A stretch of 64,000 nucleotides of DNA from Acidobacteriota bacterium (GCA_965263035.1 OZ253580.1:2144001-2208000), one strand, 5' to 3'; counted from the stretch's first letter, positions 53,192 to 63,111 are shown. The notes: generated by a model not told the origin, from the sequence alone. A program made the numbers and translations.

Positions 53192-55216
53192 ATGGCGCGT
53201 ATGGCACGCCTGTTGATCGTCCTCTCCGCATTCAACTTCTTCCTGACTCCGATATGGGCCCGCGTCGTCCGGGTGGAGATCCACGAACGGAATCCGATCC
53301 TGGAGGGTGAGCCCTATCCGCTGGTAGGCCCCTACGAACTGATCACGGGACGCGTGCACTTCGCCGTCGACCCCGATCTGGGACCCAACCGGATCATCAC
53401 TGACATCCTGAAGGCGCCCCGCAACGATCAGGGCGAGGTGGAGTTCTCCTCCGATCTCGTGCTCTTGAAACCGGTGCAAGTGGAGCGAGGCAACGGCGCC
53501 ATTTTCTACGAGGTCTCCAACCGGGGCGGAAAGGCCATGGTCGGTTTTTTCAACCTGGCCCGGTACACCCGGACTCCCAAGACCCGTGAGGATTTCGGAG
53601 ACGGGTTCCTCATGCGCCAGGGATTCACGCTCATGTGGCTGGGCTGGCAACTGGATCCGCCCCACCGGCCAGGAAACATGCGTGTCTACCCGGCAATCGC
53701 CCGGGGTTCCGATCACCCTATCACCGGTCTGGTCCGATGCGACTTCGTGGTCAAGACCCGCGCCGACCACCACATTCTCTCGGACCGCAACCACGTTCCC
53801 TATCCCGTGTCCGATCCCCAAGCCCCCGAGAATTCCATGACGGTCCGGGATGCCGTCGAGGGAGAGCGCCAGGCCGTTCCCCGAAACCGCTGGCGGTTCG
53901 CCCGAATGGAGGAGGGACGGACGGTGCCCGACTCGACTCACGTCCTGTTGGAAGGGGGATTCGAGCCCGGCAAGATCTACGAGGTGGTCTACCGGAGCCA
54001 GGATCCTCCCTTGGTGGGACTGGGCCCCACAGCCGTGCGCGACATGATCTCCCACCTCAAATACGAGGGCGACCCGGACCTGTCCATTCCCCGGAGCACC
54101 CTGAATCGTGCGTTGGGGTTCGGGAGCTCCCAGAGCGGGCGATTCCTGCGGACCTTCCTCTACCAGGGTTTCAACGAGGACGAGCAGAACCGGCGCGTCT
54201 TCGACGGGCTCATACCCCACGTGGCGGGTGCGGGCCGGGGCAGCTTCAACCATCGATTCGCCCAGCCTTCGCGGGACGCCCAGCCCTTCTCCAACTTCTT
54301 CTATCCCACCGACATCTTCCCCTTCACCGACACGGCCCAGACCGACCCGGAGACAGGGGAGACCGACGGACTTCTCATTCACTTCGCCCGGCCGGAGCTC
54401 TGCCCCAAGATCTTCTACACCAACACTTCCTACGAGTACTGGGGCCGCGCCTCCTCGCTGATCCACACCACCGTGGACGGAACCCGCGACGTGGAGTTCA
54501 TGGATCAGGTTCGCCATTACCATTTTGCCGGCAGCCAGCATGGAGTGGGACCATTTCCTCCTACGCGGACGCGGGGGCAGCAACTGAACAATCCTCTGGA
54601 CTTCAGAGGGACGATGCGCGCCCTGCTCCTGGCCCTGGATCGGTGGGTTGACGACGGGACGACTCCGCCTCCCAGCCGCTACCCCCGCCTGGACCAAGCC
54701 ACGCTGGTCCCGTTTCCCGAGTTCGACTTCCCCCGGTTGCCGGGCATCCGGGTGCCCCCCCGAATCCACCGGGCGTACCGGATGGATTACGGCCCCCGGT
54801 TTCGCTCGGAGGGCATCGTGACCCTCCAGCCGCCTCGAGTCGGCGCTCCCTTTCCGATCCTGGTTCCCAAGGTCGACGCCGACGGGAACGAGCTTGCGGG
54901 GATCCGCCTTCCGGAAGTGGCGGTCCCCCTGGCTACGTACACGGGATGGAACCTCTTCGGCCCCGGCCAGGGTCCGCCGACGGAAATTTGCAGCTTCCGC
55001 GGCTCCTACATTCCCTTCGCCCGGAGCAAGGAGGAGCGCCTCGAAGCGGGTGACCCCCGACCCTCCATCCGGGAGAGGTACGGGAGCCGGGATGAGTACC
55101 TGGGGCGAGTCACCGAAACTGCCCTTGAACTCATGGATCAGGGATACCTGCTGTCGCAGGATGTTCCCCTGGTCGTCAAGGGAGCAGCCGTCCGGTGGGA
55201 CTACCTGATGCGCTGA
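53192..55216 (+). CDS. Exported alpha/beta-hydrolase-domain protein, copy B
   Basis: Same length (674 aa) and nearly colinear with 40330-42354; likely start ATG 53201. Confidence 0.85.
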   Translation: MARMARLLIVLSAFNFFLTPIWARVVRVEIHERNPILEGEPYPLVGPYELITGRVHFAVDPDLGPNRIITDILKAPRNDQGEVEFSSDLVLLKPVQVERGNGAIFYEVSNRGGKAMVGFFNLARYTRTPKTREDFGDGFLMRQGFTLMWLGWQLDPPHRPGNMRVYPAIARGSDHPITGLVRCDFVVKTRADHHILSDRNHVPYPVSDPQAPENSMTVRDAVEGERQAVPRNRWRFARMEEGRTVPDSTHVLLEGGFEPGKIYEVVYRSQDPPLVGLGPTAVRDMISHLKYEGDPDLSIPRSTLNRALGFGSSQSGRFLRTFLYQGFNEDEQNRRVFDGLIPHVAGAGRGSFNHRFAQPSRDAQPFSNFFYPTDIFPFTDTAQTDPETGETDGLLIHFARPELCPKIFYTNTSYEYWGRASSLIHTTVDGTRDVEFMDQVRHYHFAGSQHGVGPFPPTRTRGQQLNNPLDFRGTMRALLLALDRWVDDGTTPPPSRYPRLDQATLVPFPEFDFPRLPGIRVPPRIHRAYRMDYGPRFRSEGIVTLQPPRVGAPFPILVPKVDADGNELAGIRLPEVAVPLATYTGWNLFGPGQGPPTEICSFRGSYIPFARSKEERLEAGDPRPSIRERYGSRDEYLGRVTETALELMDQGYLLSQDVPLVVKGAAVRWDYLMR

Positions 55217-55659
55217 GGACTCGATGCGCCGAGACGCGCTCCGTGGACCGTAGCACCCGATTCACTTGCAGCAGCCGCCAGACGTGCGTCAAACACGACG
55301 AACGGAATATCGAGACCCAACTTTTCCTGAAGATGCAGAAAACTGCCGAGTTGGACGGCGTCGGCGGCCCGCAACGAGTACGCGTTCAGGAGTAACGCCG
55401 CACGCCGAGTCACCGCGGGCACCAGTTCGACGACCAGGAATGAATCCATGTCTTTCGCCAGTGTCGCGAGGGCCACGTCCCGCTCCTCAACGGAGCAGTC
55501 TCCCGTCCGCGTCCGCCGCGCCAGCGCCGACGCCACTTCCACTTCGGACAACCGGCTGATCGCTGCCGGTCCGGATGCCAGCAATCCTTCGACGACATTG
55601 CTCCCGGCCTCTCGCACGTACCGCTTGACCAAAGCACTGGAATCGAAGTACCGGATCAG
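55201..55659 (-). CDS. VapC/PIN toxin with probable CTG start
   Basis: (M)IRYFDSSALVKRYVRE, SEVEVASAL, LRAADAVQL, FVVFDARL; CTG overlaps the antitoxin TGA, GGAGGA SD upstream. Confidence 0.88.
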   Translation of the reverse strand: MIRYFDSSALVKRYVREAGSNVVEGLLASGPAAISRLSEVEVASALARRTRTGDCSVEERDVALATLAKDMDSFLVVELVPAVTRRAALLLNAYSLRAADAVQLGSFLHLQEKLGLDIPFVVFDARLAAAASESGATVHGARLGASSPQRIR

Positions 55660-55949
55660 AATCGATCCTCCCGATCCTCGCTGACGGCCTCAGAGAAGCG
55701 CCAGCCTCTTCCCACGATCGGCTTGGCGATCGGCGGCACCGGTTTCGCCTTGCCCGTCACCACGCCTTGCCTCCGCAAACGAGCCAGACGTGCGTCCACA
55801 GAGCGGCCGGCGAACTCGATCGGCATCACTTCCGCCACCGGCCGGCCCCGGTCGGTGATGGTCAAAATGCGCCCTTCGCGTACCCGCCGGAGATAAGTCC
55901 CCAATCGCGTCTTGAACTCCCGGGCCCCAACGACGAGTGGATCTCCCAT
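55656..55949 (-). CDS. Phd/YefM family antitoxin
   Basis: VGAREFKTRLGTYLRRVREGRILTITDRGRPVAEV; C-terminal SEAVSEDREDRF. Confidence 0.92.
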   Translation of the reverse strand: MGDPLVVGAREFKTRLGTYLRRVREGRILTITDRGRPVAEVMPIEFAGRSVDARLARLRRQGVVTGKAKPVPPIAKPIVGRGWRFSEAVSEDREDRF

Positions 55950-55967
55950 GTAGTCATTGTGACTACA
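55949..55967 (-). promoter_or_regulatory. TA operator overlapping the -10 box
   Basis: Perfect TGTAGTCA-N3-TGACTACA; minus strand CACAAT-N6-ATG. Confidence 0.75.
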
Positions 55968-56045
55968 ACTGCCAGAAAAAGCAAGAAGACGTCACCGCTC
56001 ACGCCTTGGGCCGGCTCCGCCTTTGCGCAACGACCTGTCGGTGCA

Positions 56046-56109
56046 GGAGCGGTGGCTTCTTGGCCGCTGAACTGGGAGTGGGGGTTGTCAACCTCCGATC
56101 TCCCGCTCC
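56046..56109. repeat. Degenerate GGAG-type REP doublet
   Basis: GGAGCGGTGGCTTCTTGGCCGC ... ATCTCCCGCTCC; right end shared with 46538-46549. Confidence 0.55.
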
Positions 56110-56156
56110 GGTTCTTCAATTTGGAACAGGTCCGAAGGATCTTTATGACTCATCTT

Positions 56157-56292
56157 CTGGCGGTGTGATTTGGTCCGAACTATAGTGGATCAATTGGGAG
56201 GCCATCGATTCCAATTGCCTGAATCCGGGCTACTGACGTTGCGATTCCGGTTGGAGGAGGAGGCCCGCCCCTATCGCTTCACCTTTCGGTAG
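56157..56292 (+). pseudogene. Collapsed remnant of the 46585 propeller gene (promoter plus last 77 bp)
   Basis: 56157-56191 matches 46549-46583; 56216-56292 matches 49280-49356; about 2.7 kb missing. Confidence 0.88.
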
Positions 56293-56325
56293 GAGTCTGT
56301 GCCGGCCATCTACGGAGGATTCCCA

Positions 56326-58137
56326 ATGCGCCGACTCGGCATTTTGTTCTTCCTGGCCATCTCTACACCGGTGCGCTCCGAAACCGGGATCACGCTGGAC
56401 GATCCCATGCCTCCGCCGGCGTGGGCGCTGGCGTAGCGAGCTCTACTGGAGGCCAACGCCGAGGAGGCCCAGCGGCTCGCAGACAGGTACATGGACAAAC
56501 GAGGCTGGCTGGCCATCACGCCCAACTGGGGCGGGATGGACGGGGCCGACGACGTCATGGAGAGGTTTCGGCACTGGCCGCTCCTCTACATCCTGGGGGG
56601 ATCCGAATCGGTCCTCACCACCTACAAGAAGATCTGGGAGGGGCACCTGCAGCAGTACACCGAGGCCCGGGAGCTGCTGGTGGAAGTGGCCCGGAAAGGG
56701 ATGTATTATTGGGAGTGCTGTCCTTCCTTCGACTGGGAGCACATCGGCGAAGGCATGGCGGGCTGGTACTGGTACGGGTTGGCGCGTCCCCGGGACCCCG
56801 GGTACCGGATCCGCGCGCGGCGGTTCAGCTCCTTCTACATGAACGAGGACCCGTCGGCTCCCAACTACGACCCGGAACACAAGATCATCCGCAGCCTCTT
56901 CAACGGCAGCCGGGGACCCCTTCTGGGGGTTCCCACCGAGGCCCACTGGGCCGGACCGCCCCGCCCCCGCCACGACCCGCGCCGCGGCCGGCCCAGAAGG
57001 ACTCTCCGGTTTTCCCGCCAGGGCTACATGGTCGACCTGAGCGGCGACCATCCGCTGAACCTGATGTCCACCCATCTGGCCATGACGGCCTATATGCTCA
57101 CCCACGAGGAGAAGTACCGGAGCTGGATCCTGGAGTACGTGGACGCCTGGAAAGAGAGGGCTCGGAAGAACGGCGGCAACATTCCCACCAATATCGGCCT
57201 GGACGGCAGCATCGGAGGCCAGTGGGACGGGAAGTGGTACGGGGGAGTCTACGGCTGGAACTTCCGTCCCCGCTTCGACGAGTTCACGCCCGGTCGCGAG
57301 GGACAGCCCAACCCGGGGAACAACATGTTCATCCGAGGATCGCGCATCGGCTTCGGCATCGCTCTGTTGTTGACGGGCAATCCCGAATACCCGGCCGTCC
57401 TTCGCCGCCAAATGGACAACCTGTACGCGGCCGGCAGGGAGGAAGGCAGACGTTTTCTCATTCCCCACAAGCACGGAGACGACGGTTGGTACGGATATAC
57501 CGAAAACGTCTATCTGGAAGAGCAGATCGACCTGTACCTCTGGTCGCTCGACGGATCTCTCGATCCGGTTCAACGCCAGCGGGTCTCGGCTCACCCCTGG
57601 ATCCGCTACCTGGAGGGACGCCACGACGGCTATCCTCTGGAGGCGCTGCAACAGGATTTCGCCGTTATCGGCCGACAAATGAAGCGGTTGAGGGAGGATG
57701 GCGCGACCCGGGACACCCGATCCTCCACCGGTTTCGCCCGATCGGTCGCCGTCACCTCGCTGCTCCACCTCATGCTCGGAGCCAACTACCCGGGCGGATC
57801 GGGGAATGCGCTCCATGCGCAGGTGCGGTATTTCGATCCGGATCGCCGGCGGCCCGGCCTGCCGCCCGGCGTCGCGGCGCTGGTGGAGAAGCTCGAGCCC
57901 GGATCGGTCACCTTGACGCTGGTCAACGTCAGCCCTGTTCACGCACGGGACGTGGTGGTCCAGACCGGCAGCTACGCCGAGCATCGTTGCGACTCCGTGG
58001 ATCAAGCGGGCGAGGTGACCCAGGTGGACGACTCCCATTTCCGTGTCCGGCTGGAGCCGGGAAGCGGCGGGCGCCTCGTTTTGTCGCTGGACCGCTACTC
58101 GAACACGCCTACCCTGGCGTTTCCCTGGGATCGCTGA
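56326..58137 (+). pseudogene. Conserved hypothetical protein copy B with amber stop at codon 37
   Basis: Colinear with 49390-51201; CAG (49498) is TAG here (56434-56436); rest of frame intact. Confidence 0.82.
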
Positions 58138-58244
58138 TCGCTTCTGCGACGGGAACGACTCTCAGGCGGAAGTTGCGGGCGATTGCCTTGTCGCCCCTTC
58201 TGCGATTGGCGGAGGGGGTGCGACGGAGGTCGGTGGTCCCGGAC

Positions 58245-58294
58245 GGCGGCAAGAAAGCCGCCGCTCCCGTGGCGGCAAGAAAGTCGTCGTTCCC
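58245..58294 (-). repeat. Two tandem GGAG-type REP hairpins between convergent genes
   Basis: GGCGGCAAGAAAGCCGCCGCTCCC and GGCGGCAAGAAAGTCGTCGTTCCC. Confidence 0.75.
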
Positions 58295-58335
58295 GGTCGG
58301 GGGCAAGAGAATCGGTGCGGTTACACGGCGGCGCT

Positions 58336-61266
58336 TCAGGGGCGAGGGTTGTCCTCTCCCATCAGTGACGCCAACAGCTCCATGGAGGAGACCGCTGCAC
58401 GATCCGTGAAGTGATCGATCTGGTGCCGGCAAGAGAAACCGGGCGCCACCACCGCGGTCCCGGAGGCAGCTTCCCGGAGAGCCGGAAAGAGGCGTAGCTC
58501 TCCCACCGCGCGGGAGACCTCGTAGTGCTTCCTCTCGTATCCGAACATCCCGGCCATGCCGCAGCAGCCGCTGTCCAGCGGAGTGACCTGCGCTCCCGGG
58601 ATCCGGGACAGGAGTTCGACGGCCGGTCCCATTCCCCCCAGGGCCTTCTGGTGGCAGTGGCCATGGAGCAGGATCTGCGGGGACTCCGGAAGTCCGTTTC
58701 CCAGCAGCCTGCCGACTTCCGCGTCCGGCAGAGCCTCCAGCGCCGGACCACACCACTCCTCGAAGGTTTGGGCCGCCCGGGCCACCGCTTGGGCCTGTTC
58801 CCGCATCGATTCCGGCACCAGGTGCGGATGGTCGTCGCGGACGGCCGAATAACAACTGGGCTCGCAGAAGACGATGGGAATCCCCCGCCGCGCCAGGGGG
58901 ATCAGGGTCCGGGTGGTGGATTCGGCCTGACGGACCGCCTGCCGCAGGAACCCCTTGGAGATGAGAGGCCGTCCGCAGCAGACCCGGGAGGGCACCACGA
59001 CCCGGGCCCCCAGGTGCCGGGCCACCCGCACCGCGGCCACTCCATGTTGCGGCTCGAAGTAGTTGGTGAAGGTGTCGGCGAAGACAGCCACCTCTCCCTC
59101 GCCTCCGGCGGCGCCTTCGCGGTGGCGGGCCCACCAATCGAGAAAGGTCCGGCCGGCGAAGTCGGGCAGCCGGCGGCGGCGGTCCAGACCCAAAATCTTC
59201 TCGTTCAGCCAGCGGCTCAGGCCCCTGGCCGAGAGCCAGTTGGAAACCGGCGCCAGACGGCTTCCCATGCGCGCCAGCAGTTCCATGCGGGAGGCGACTC
59301 GAGCGCCCAGGGGAGCGCCGTGACGGGCGTGGTAATGGTGCAGGAACTCGCTCTTGAGCCGGGCCATGTCCACGCTGGTGGGGCACTCGGTCTTGCAGGC
59401 CTTGCATTCCAGGCAGAGATCCAGAACCGGGTACAGATCCTTGTCCGCCAGGCCGTCGGGGCCGAGCTGACCCGAGATGGCCAGGCGCAGGGCGTTGGCC
59501 CGGCCGCGGGTGACGTCGATCTCGTCCCGGGTGGCCCGGTACGAGGGGCACATGGTGCCAGTGAGACTCTGGCGGCAGGCCCCCACCCCGCTGCACTGCT
59601 CGGCGGCCCTTGAGATCCCTCCGTAGTCGGAGAAGTCGAAGACGGTCTCCAACTCGCGGGTGACGTATCCCGTGCCGAACTTGAGATTCTCGGTGATGGG
59701 CAGCGCGTCGACGATCTTACCTGGATTGAAGACGCCGGCAGGGTCGAAGGCGGCCTTGAGCCGGCGGAAGGCCTGGTACAGGACCGGGCCGTACATCTTC
59801 TCCTGAAACGGGCTCCGGACCAGACCGTCCCCGTGCTCGGCCGAAAGGGCGCCGCCGTACTCCAGGACCAGGTCGGCGACCTCCCCGGCGATGCGGGCGA
59901 ACTTGTCCACGCCGTCCGCAGTCTTGAGATCCACCACGGGGCGGACATGAAGCAGACCGACCGAGGCATGGGCATAGAACCCGGCCCGGACTTGATGGCG
60001 CTCCAGCACCCCCATAAAGCGCCGGATGTATTCCTTGAGATGCTCCGGCGCCACAGCCGTATCCTCCACGAAGGAGTGGGCCTTGGCGTCGCCCCGCTGG
60101 GACATGGACAAGCCGAGCCCTGCTTTGCGCAACCGCCAGATGCGGGCCTGGGCGTCCGGCTCCAGCGCCCGGTGAAAGTGGCTGCCCATTTCCCGGTTCG
60201 CCAGATCCGCTTGCAAGCGGTCGACTCGTCCGGAGAGCTCCTCCAGGGTGTCCCCCGTAAGCTCCACCAACAGGACACCTCCGGGGTTTCCCACGATGAA
60301 GTCGCGCAACGGCTCATACTCGGTCTTGCCCTTGGTGGTATCCAGGATGAAGCGGTCCAGGAGCTCCACCGCCGACGGTCCGTGCTCCAGAAGGGGCGAC
60401 ACGGCGTCCAGGGCATCCAGGACCCCCGCGAACTGGACCGAGCAGAGCACCCGGCGCTTGGGGAGGGGGACCAAGCGCAGCTTGGCCGCCACGGCCAGGC
60501 CCAGAGTGCCCTCCGATCCCACCATGATTCGTGAGAGGTTGAAGGTGTCGGCCGAGGGGACGAAGTCGTCCAGGTTGTAGCCCCCGACCCGGCGCAGAAT
60601 CTTGGGATAGCGCCGGTCGATCTCCGCGGCGTGGCGGCGCGCCAGGTAGCGCACCATCCGGTAGCAATGACCCTCCAGGTTCCGGCTCCGGCAGCGGGAA
60701 TCCAGATCTTCCTTGGCCACGGGAGCAAAATGCGCCAGGCTCCCGTCCGAGAGCACCACGTCCAGCTCCAGAACGTAGTCGATGGTCTTGCCGTAGACCA
60801 CGGACCGGGTCCCCGCCGAGTTGTTGGCCATGGCGCCTCCCACCGTGGCCCGGTTCGAGGTGGAGAGGTCCAGAGGCAGCACCAGGCCGTGGGGTTTGAG
60901 GGCGAGATTCAGCTCGTCCAGGACGATCCCCGGCTCCACCACCACGGTTCGGCCCTCCACGTCCAGATCCAGGATCCGGTTCATGTACTTGGAGAAGTCC
61001 AGTTGGAGACCGCTGCCGATGGCCTGGCCGGCCTGGGAGGTCCCACCGCCCCGGGCGGTGATGGGCACGCCGTAGCGCCGGCAGGTGCGGACGCTCCGGA
61101 TCACGTCCTCCACGCACCGGGGGAGCACCACCCCCTGGGGCATGATCTGGTAGATGCTGGCGTCGGTGGAGTAGATGGCCCTGGAGATCCGGTCGAAGCG
61201 CACCTCCCCCTGGAGGGCGGAGCGGAGGGTCGATTCCAGGGTCTTGCTCAGCGATTTGGTCGCCAT
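58336..61266 (-). CDS. FAD-binding and 4Fe-4S oxidoreductase (GlcD-GlcF fusion, YdiJ-like 2-hydroxyacid dehydrogenase)
   Basis: YSTDASIY, RGGGTSQAGQA, GSEGTL, SAEHGDG, CLECKACKTECP, HGHCHQK, CCGMAG. Confidence 0.92.
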   Translation of the reverse strand: MATKSLSKTLESTLRSALQGEVRFDRISRAIYSTDASIYQIMPQGVVLPRCVEDVIRSVRTCRRYGVPITARGGGTSQAGQAIGSGLQLDFSKYMNRILDLDVEGRTVVVEPGIVLDELNLALKPHGLVLPLDLSTSNRATVGGAMANNSAGTRSVVYGKTIDYVLELDVVLSDGSLAHFAPVAKEDLDSRCRSRNLEGHCYRMVRYLARRHAAEIDRRYPKILRRVGGYNLDDFVPSADTFNLSRIMVGSEGTLGLAVAAKLRLVPLPKRRVLCSVQFAGVLDALDAVSPLLEHGPSAVELLDRFILDTTKGKTEYEPLRDFIVGNPGGVLLVELTGDTLEELSGRVDRLQADLANREMGSHFHRALEPDAQARIWRLRKAGLGLSMSQRGDAKAHSFVEDTAVAPEHLKEYIRRFMGVLERHQVRAGFYAHASVGLLHVRPVVDLKTADGVDKFARIAGEVADLVLEYGGALSAEHGDGLVRSPFQEKMYGPVLYQAFRRLKAAFDPAGVFNPGKIVDALPITENLKFGTGYVTRELETVFDFSDYGGISRAAEQCSGVGACRQSLTGTMCPSYRATRDEIDVTRGRANALRLAISGQLGPDGLADKDLYPVLDLCLECKACKTECPTSVDMARLKSEFLHHYHARHGAPLGARVASRMELLARMGSRLAPVSNWLSARGLSRWLNEKILGLDRRRRLPDFAGRTFLDWWARHREGAAGGEGEVAVFADTFTNYFEPQHGVAAVRVARHLGARVVVPSRVCCGRPLISKGFLRQAVRQAESTTRTLIPLARRGIPIVFCEPSCYSAVRDDHPHLVPESMREQAQAVARAAQTFEEWCGPALEALPDAEVGRLLGNGLPESPQILLHGHCHQKALGGMGPAVELLSRIPGAQVTPLDSGCCGMAGMFGYERKHYEVSRAVGELRLFPALREAASGTAVVAPGFSCRHQIDHFTDRAAVSSMELLASLMGEDNPRP

Positions 61267-61282
61267 GCCTAGCTGGCCGGGG

Positions 61283-61699
61283 TCACGGGAGAACCGCCAC
61301 GGCCTTGATCTCCACCAGGGCCTCGGACCCGCCCAGAGACTCGATGTTGATCAGGGTGTTGGCGGGATAGTCGGCATTGGGGTAGAGATCGACGAAGAGC
61401 TCGGACCGTGCCTTCAGGAAAGGGCGGACCGATTCGACTCCCACGAGGTAGGTGGTGAACTCCACCACGTCCTGAAAGGAGGCGCCCGCGCTCTTCAGAA
61501 CGAGGCCCAGATTGGCGAATACCTGCCGGGTCTGGGCCTCGGCGTCCCCCTTGCCGATGATCTCCCCTTTGGAATTCTGGGCCACCTGTCCGGCGATGAA
61601 CAGGAAATGACCTCCCCGGGCCCGAATGGCCTCGGAGTACTGTCCGGTCGGCGCCGGCAATCCCTCCGGCTCGACGACGGTTCTGCGAGATGACTGCAT
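61283..61699 (-). CDS. Rid (YjgF/YER057c/UK114) family protein lacking the catalytic Arg
   Basis: YSEAI, FIAGQV, QTRQVFANL, YPANTL (no PAR), VEIKA. Confidence 0.9.
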   Translation of the reverse strand: MQSSRRTVVEPEGLPAPTGQYSEAIRARGGHFLFIAGQVAQNSKGEIIGKGDAEAQTRQVFANLGLVLKSAGASFQDVVEFTTYLVGVESVRPFLKARSELFVDLYPNADYPANTLINIESLGGSEALVEIKAVAVLP

Positions 61700-61734
61700 T
61701 CAACCGGCCTCCTTGAAACCTCCGAACGCTCGCG

Positions 61735-63099
61735 TTAGAGAATCCCAATCCCCCACAGCAGGTAGACCACGGCGAAGGAGACGCCTCCGCCCACCAACGT
61801 GCCGCCGCCGTAGCCCCAGATGGCCTCTCGCACCGGTAGCCCGCTCAGCGACGTGCAGACCCAGAAATAGCTGCTGTTGACGTACTTGATGATCACGGAC
61901 CCGCAGGCCCCGGCCAACATGGCCGCTTCGGGCGACAGGGAGAGGTCATCCAGCATGGGCGCCACCAAAGAGGCCGCCGTGATGACTCCCACGGTGGTGG
62001 ACCCGGTGATCATGTTCCCCAGCACGCCGATGACGAAGGGCAGCAGAATGGCCGGCAGTCCCGACGCCGCAAAGGCCTCGGCCAGCACCCCCACCGCCGG
62101 CGTCGCCTTGAGGATGGCGCTCAGGGAGCCGCCCAGGCCGGTGACCACCAGGATCATGGCAGAGGCCCGGAGTCCGTCCTCGATCCAACCGGATCGGGCC
62201 GACTTCCGATCCTCGGGGCTCCGGATGTTCCACCAGGCCAGGACCAATCCGATGGACAGAGCCACCACGGGCCATCCCAGATACTCCAGAATCCGGCGCG
62301 CCGGATGACCCTCCTCCAGCAGGAAGCGGACCACACTCTGGGTCGATATCAACACCACCGGCACCGCTATGGGAGCGTAGGACCGCAAGGTTCCCGGACG
62401 GCCCGCGCTTTCCTCCTCCGACGCCGGATCTTCCGAGAACTCCTCGGACGGAAGCGTCCGGAGCCGGGGTCCCACCAAGTATTGTCCCCAAACCCACCCG
62501 GCCAGCGACCCGGCCAGGCAGGCGAGGCTGCCGTAGATGATGGTCCGGCCGATGTCGGCGCCCACCAGGGCCGCGGCCGCCAGCGGTCCCGGCGTGGGTG
62601 GGACCACGGCATGGGTCAGCTGGATCGCGGTCACCAGACCGATGGACATGACCCCCATGCCGACCCCCATGACCCGGGCCGCGGAGTGGACCAGAGGATT
62701 CAAGATGACATAGGCCACGTCCGAGAAGATGGCCACCCCCAGGACGAACCCGCTCAGGGTCAGGGCCAAGGGCATGCGGTGCGCCCCCGCCAGATTCACC
62801 ATGGACCGAGTGATGACCTGGATGGCCCCGGTGTGCTTGAGGAACTCGGCGATGACCGAGCCCAGAACGATGACCACGCCGATCTTCCCCAGGGTGTTGC
62901 CGAAGCCCTCCTGGAAGGCTTGAATGAAGACGGACCGCCGGACTCCAGGCATCAGGCCCAGCAAAAGGAGCGGGACCATGAGGGCCAGAAGGACGTGCCA
63001 CTTCCAGCGGGCCGCCAGGAACAGGAGCAGCACGACGACGCAGAAGAAACCGACCAGCGCCAGGACTGGATCGGAGATGGCCTGCCGGGAGGGATCCAT
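61735..63099 (-). CDS. GntP family permease
   Basis: GFGNTLGKIG, THAVVPPTPGPLAAA, GSTTVG, VNSSYFW. Confidence 0.92.
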   Translation of the reverse strand: MDPSRQAISDPVLALVGFFCVVVLLLFLAARWKWHVLLALMVPLLLLGLMPGVRRSVFIQAFQEGFGNTLGKIGVVIVLGSVIAEFLKHTGAIQVITRSMVNLAGAHRMPLALTLSGFVLGVAIFSDVAYVILNPLVHSAARVMGVGMGVMSIGLVTAIQLTHAVVPPTPGPLAAAALVGADIGRTIIYGSLACLAGSLAGWVWGQYLVGPRLRTLPSEEFSEDPASEEESAGRPGTLRSYAPIAVPVVLISTQSVVRFLLEEGHPARRILEYLGWPVVALSIGLVLAWWNIRSPEDRKSARSGWIEDGLRASAMILVVTGLGGSLSAILKATPAVGVLAEAFAASGLPAILLPFVIGVLGNMITGSTTVGVITAASLVAPMLDDLSLSPEAAMLAGACGSVIIKYVNSSYFWVCTSLSGLPVREAIWGYGGGTLVGGGVSFAVVYLLWGIGIL

Positions 63100-63111
63100 G
63101 GCTTTGTCCGC

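Noticed and set aside
56290-56306. TAGGAGTCTG as a third MITE-A end
   Set aside because: Aligns with the ordinary intergenic sequence at 49354-49385, lacks CTAG and has no partner TIR
56434-56436. Pyrrolysine codon
   Set aside because: The position is Gln in the paralog, differs by one C-to-T change, and no pyl or methyltransferase context is present
52064-58600. FAD gene 3' copy as a diversity-generating retroelement template/variable repeat pair
   Set aside because: Mismatches are not adenine-specific, are mostly synonymous, and no reverse transcriptase is present; segmental duplication explains it
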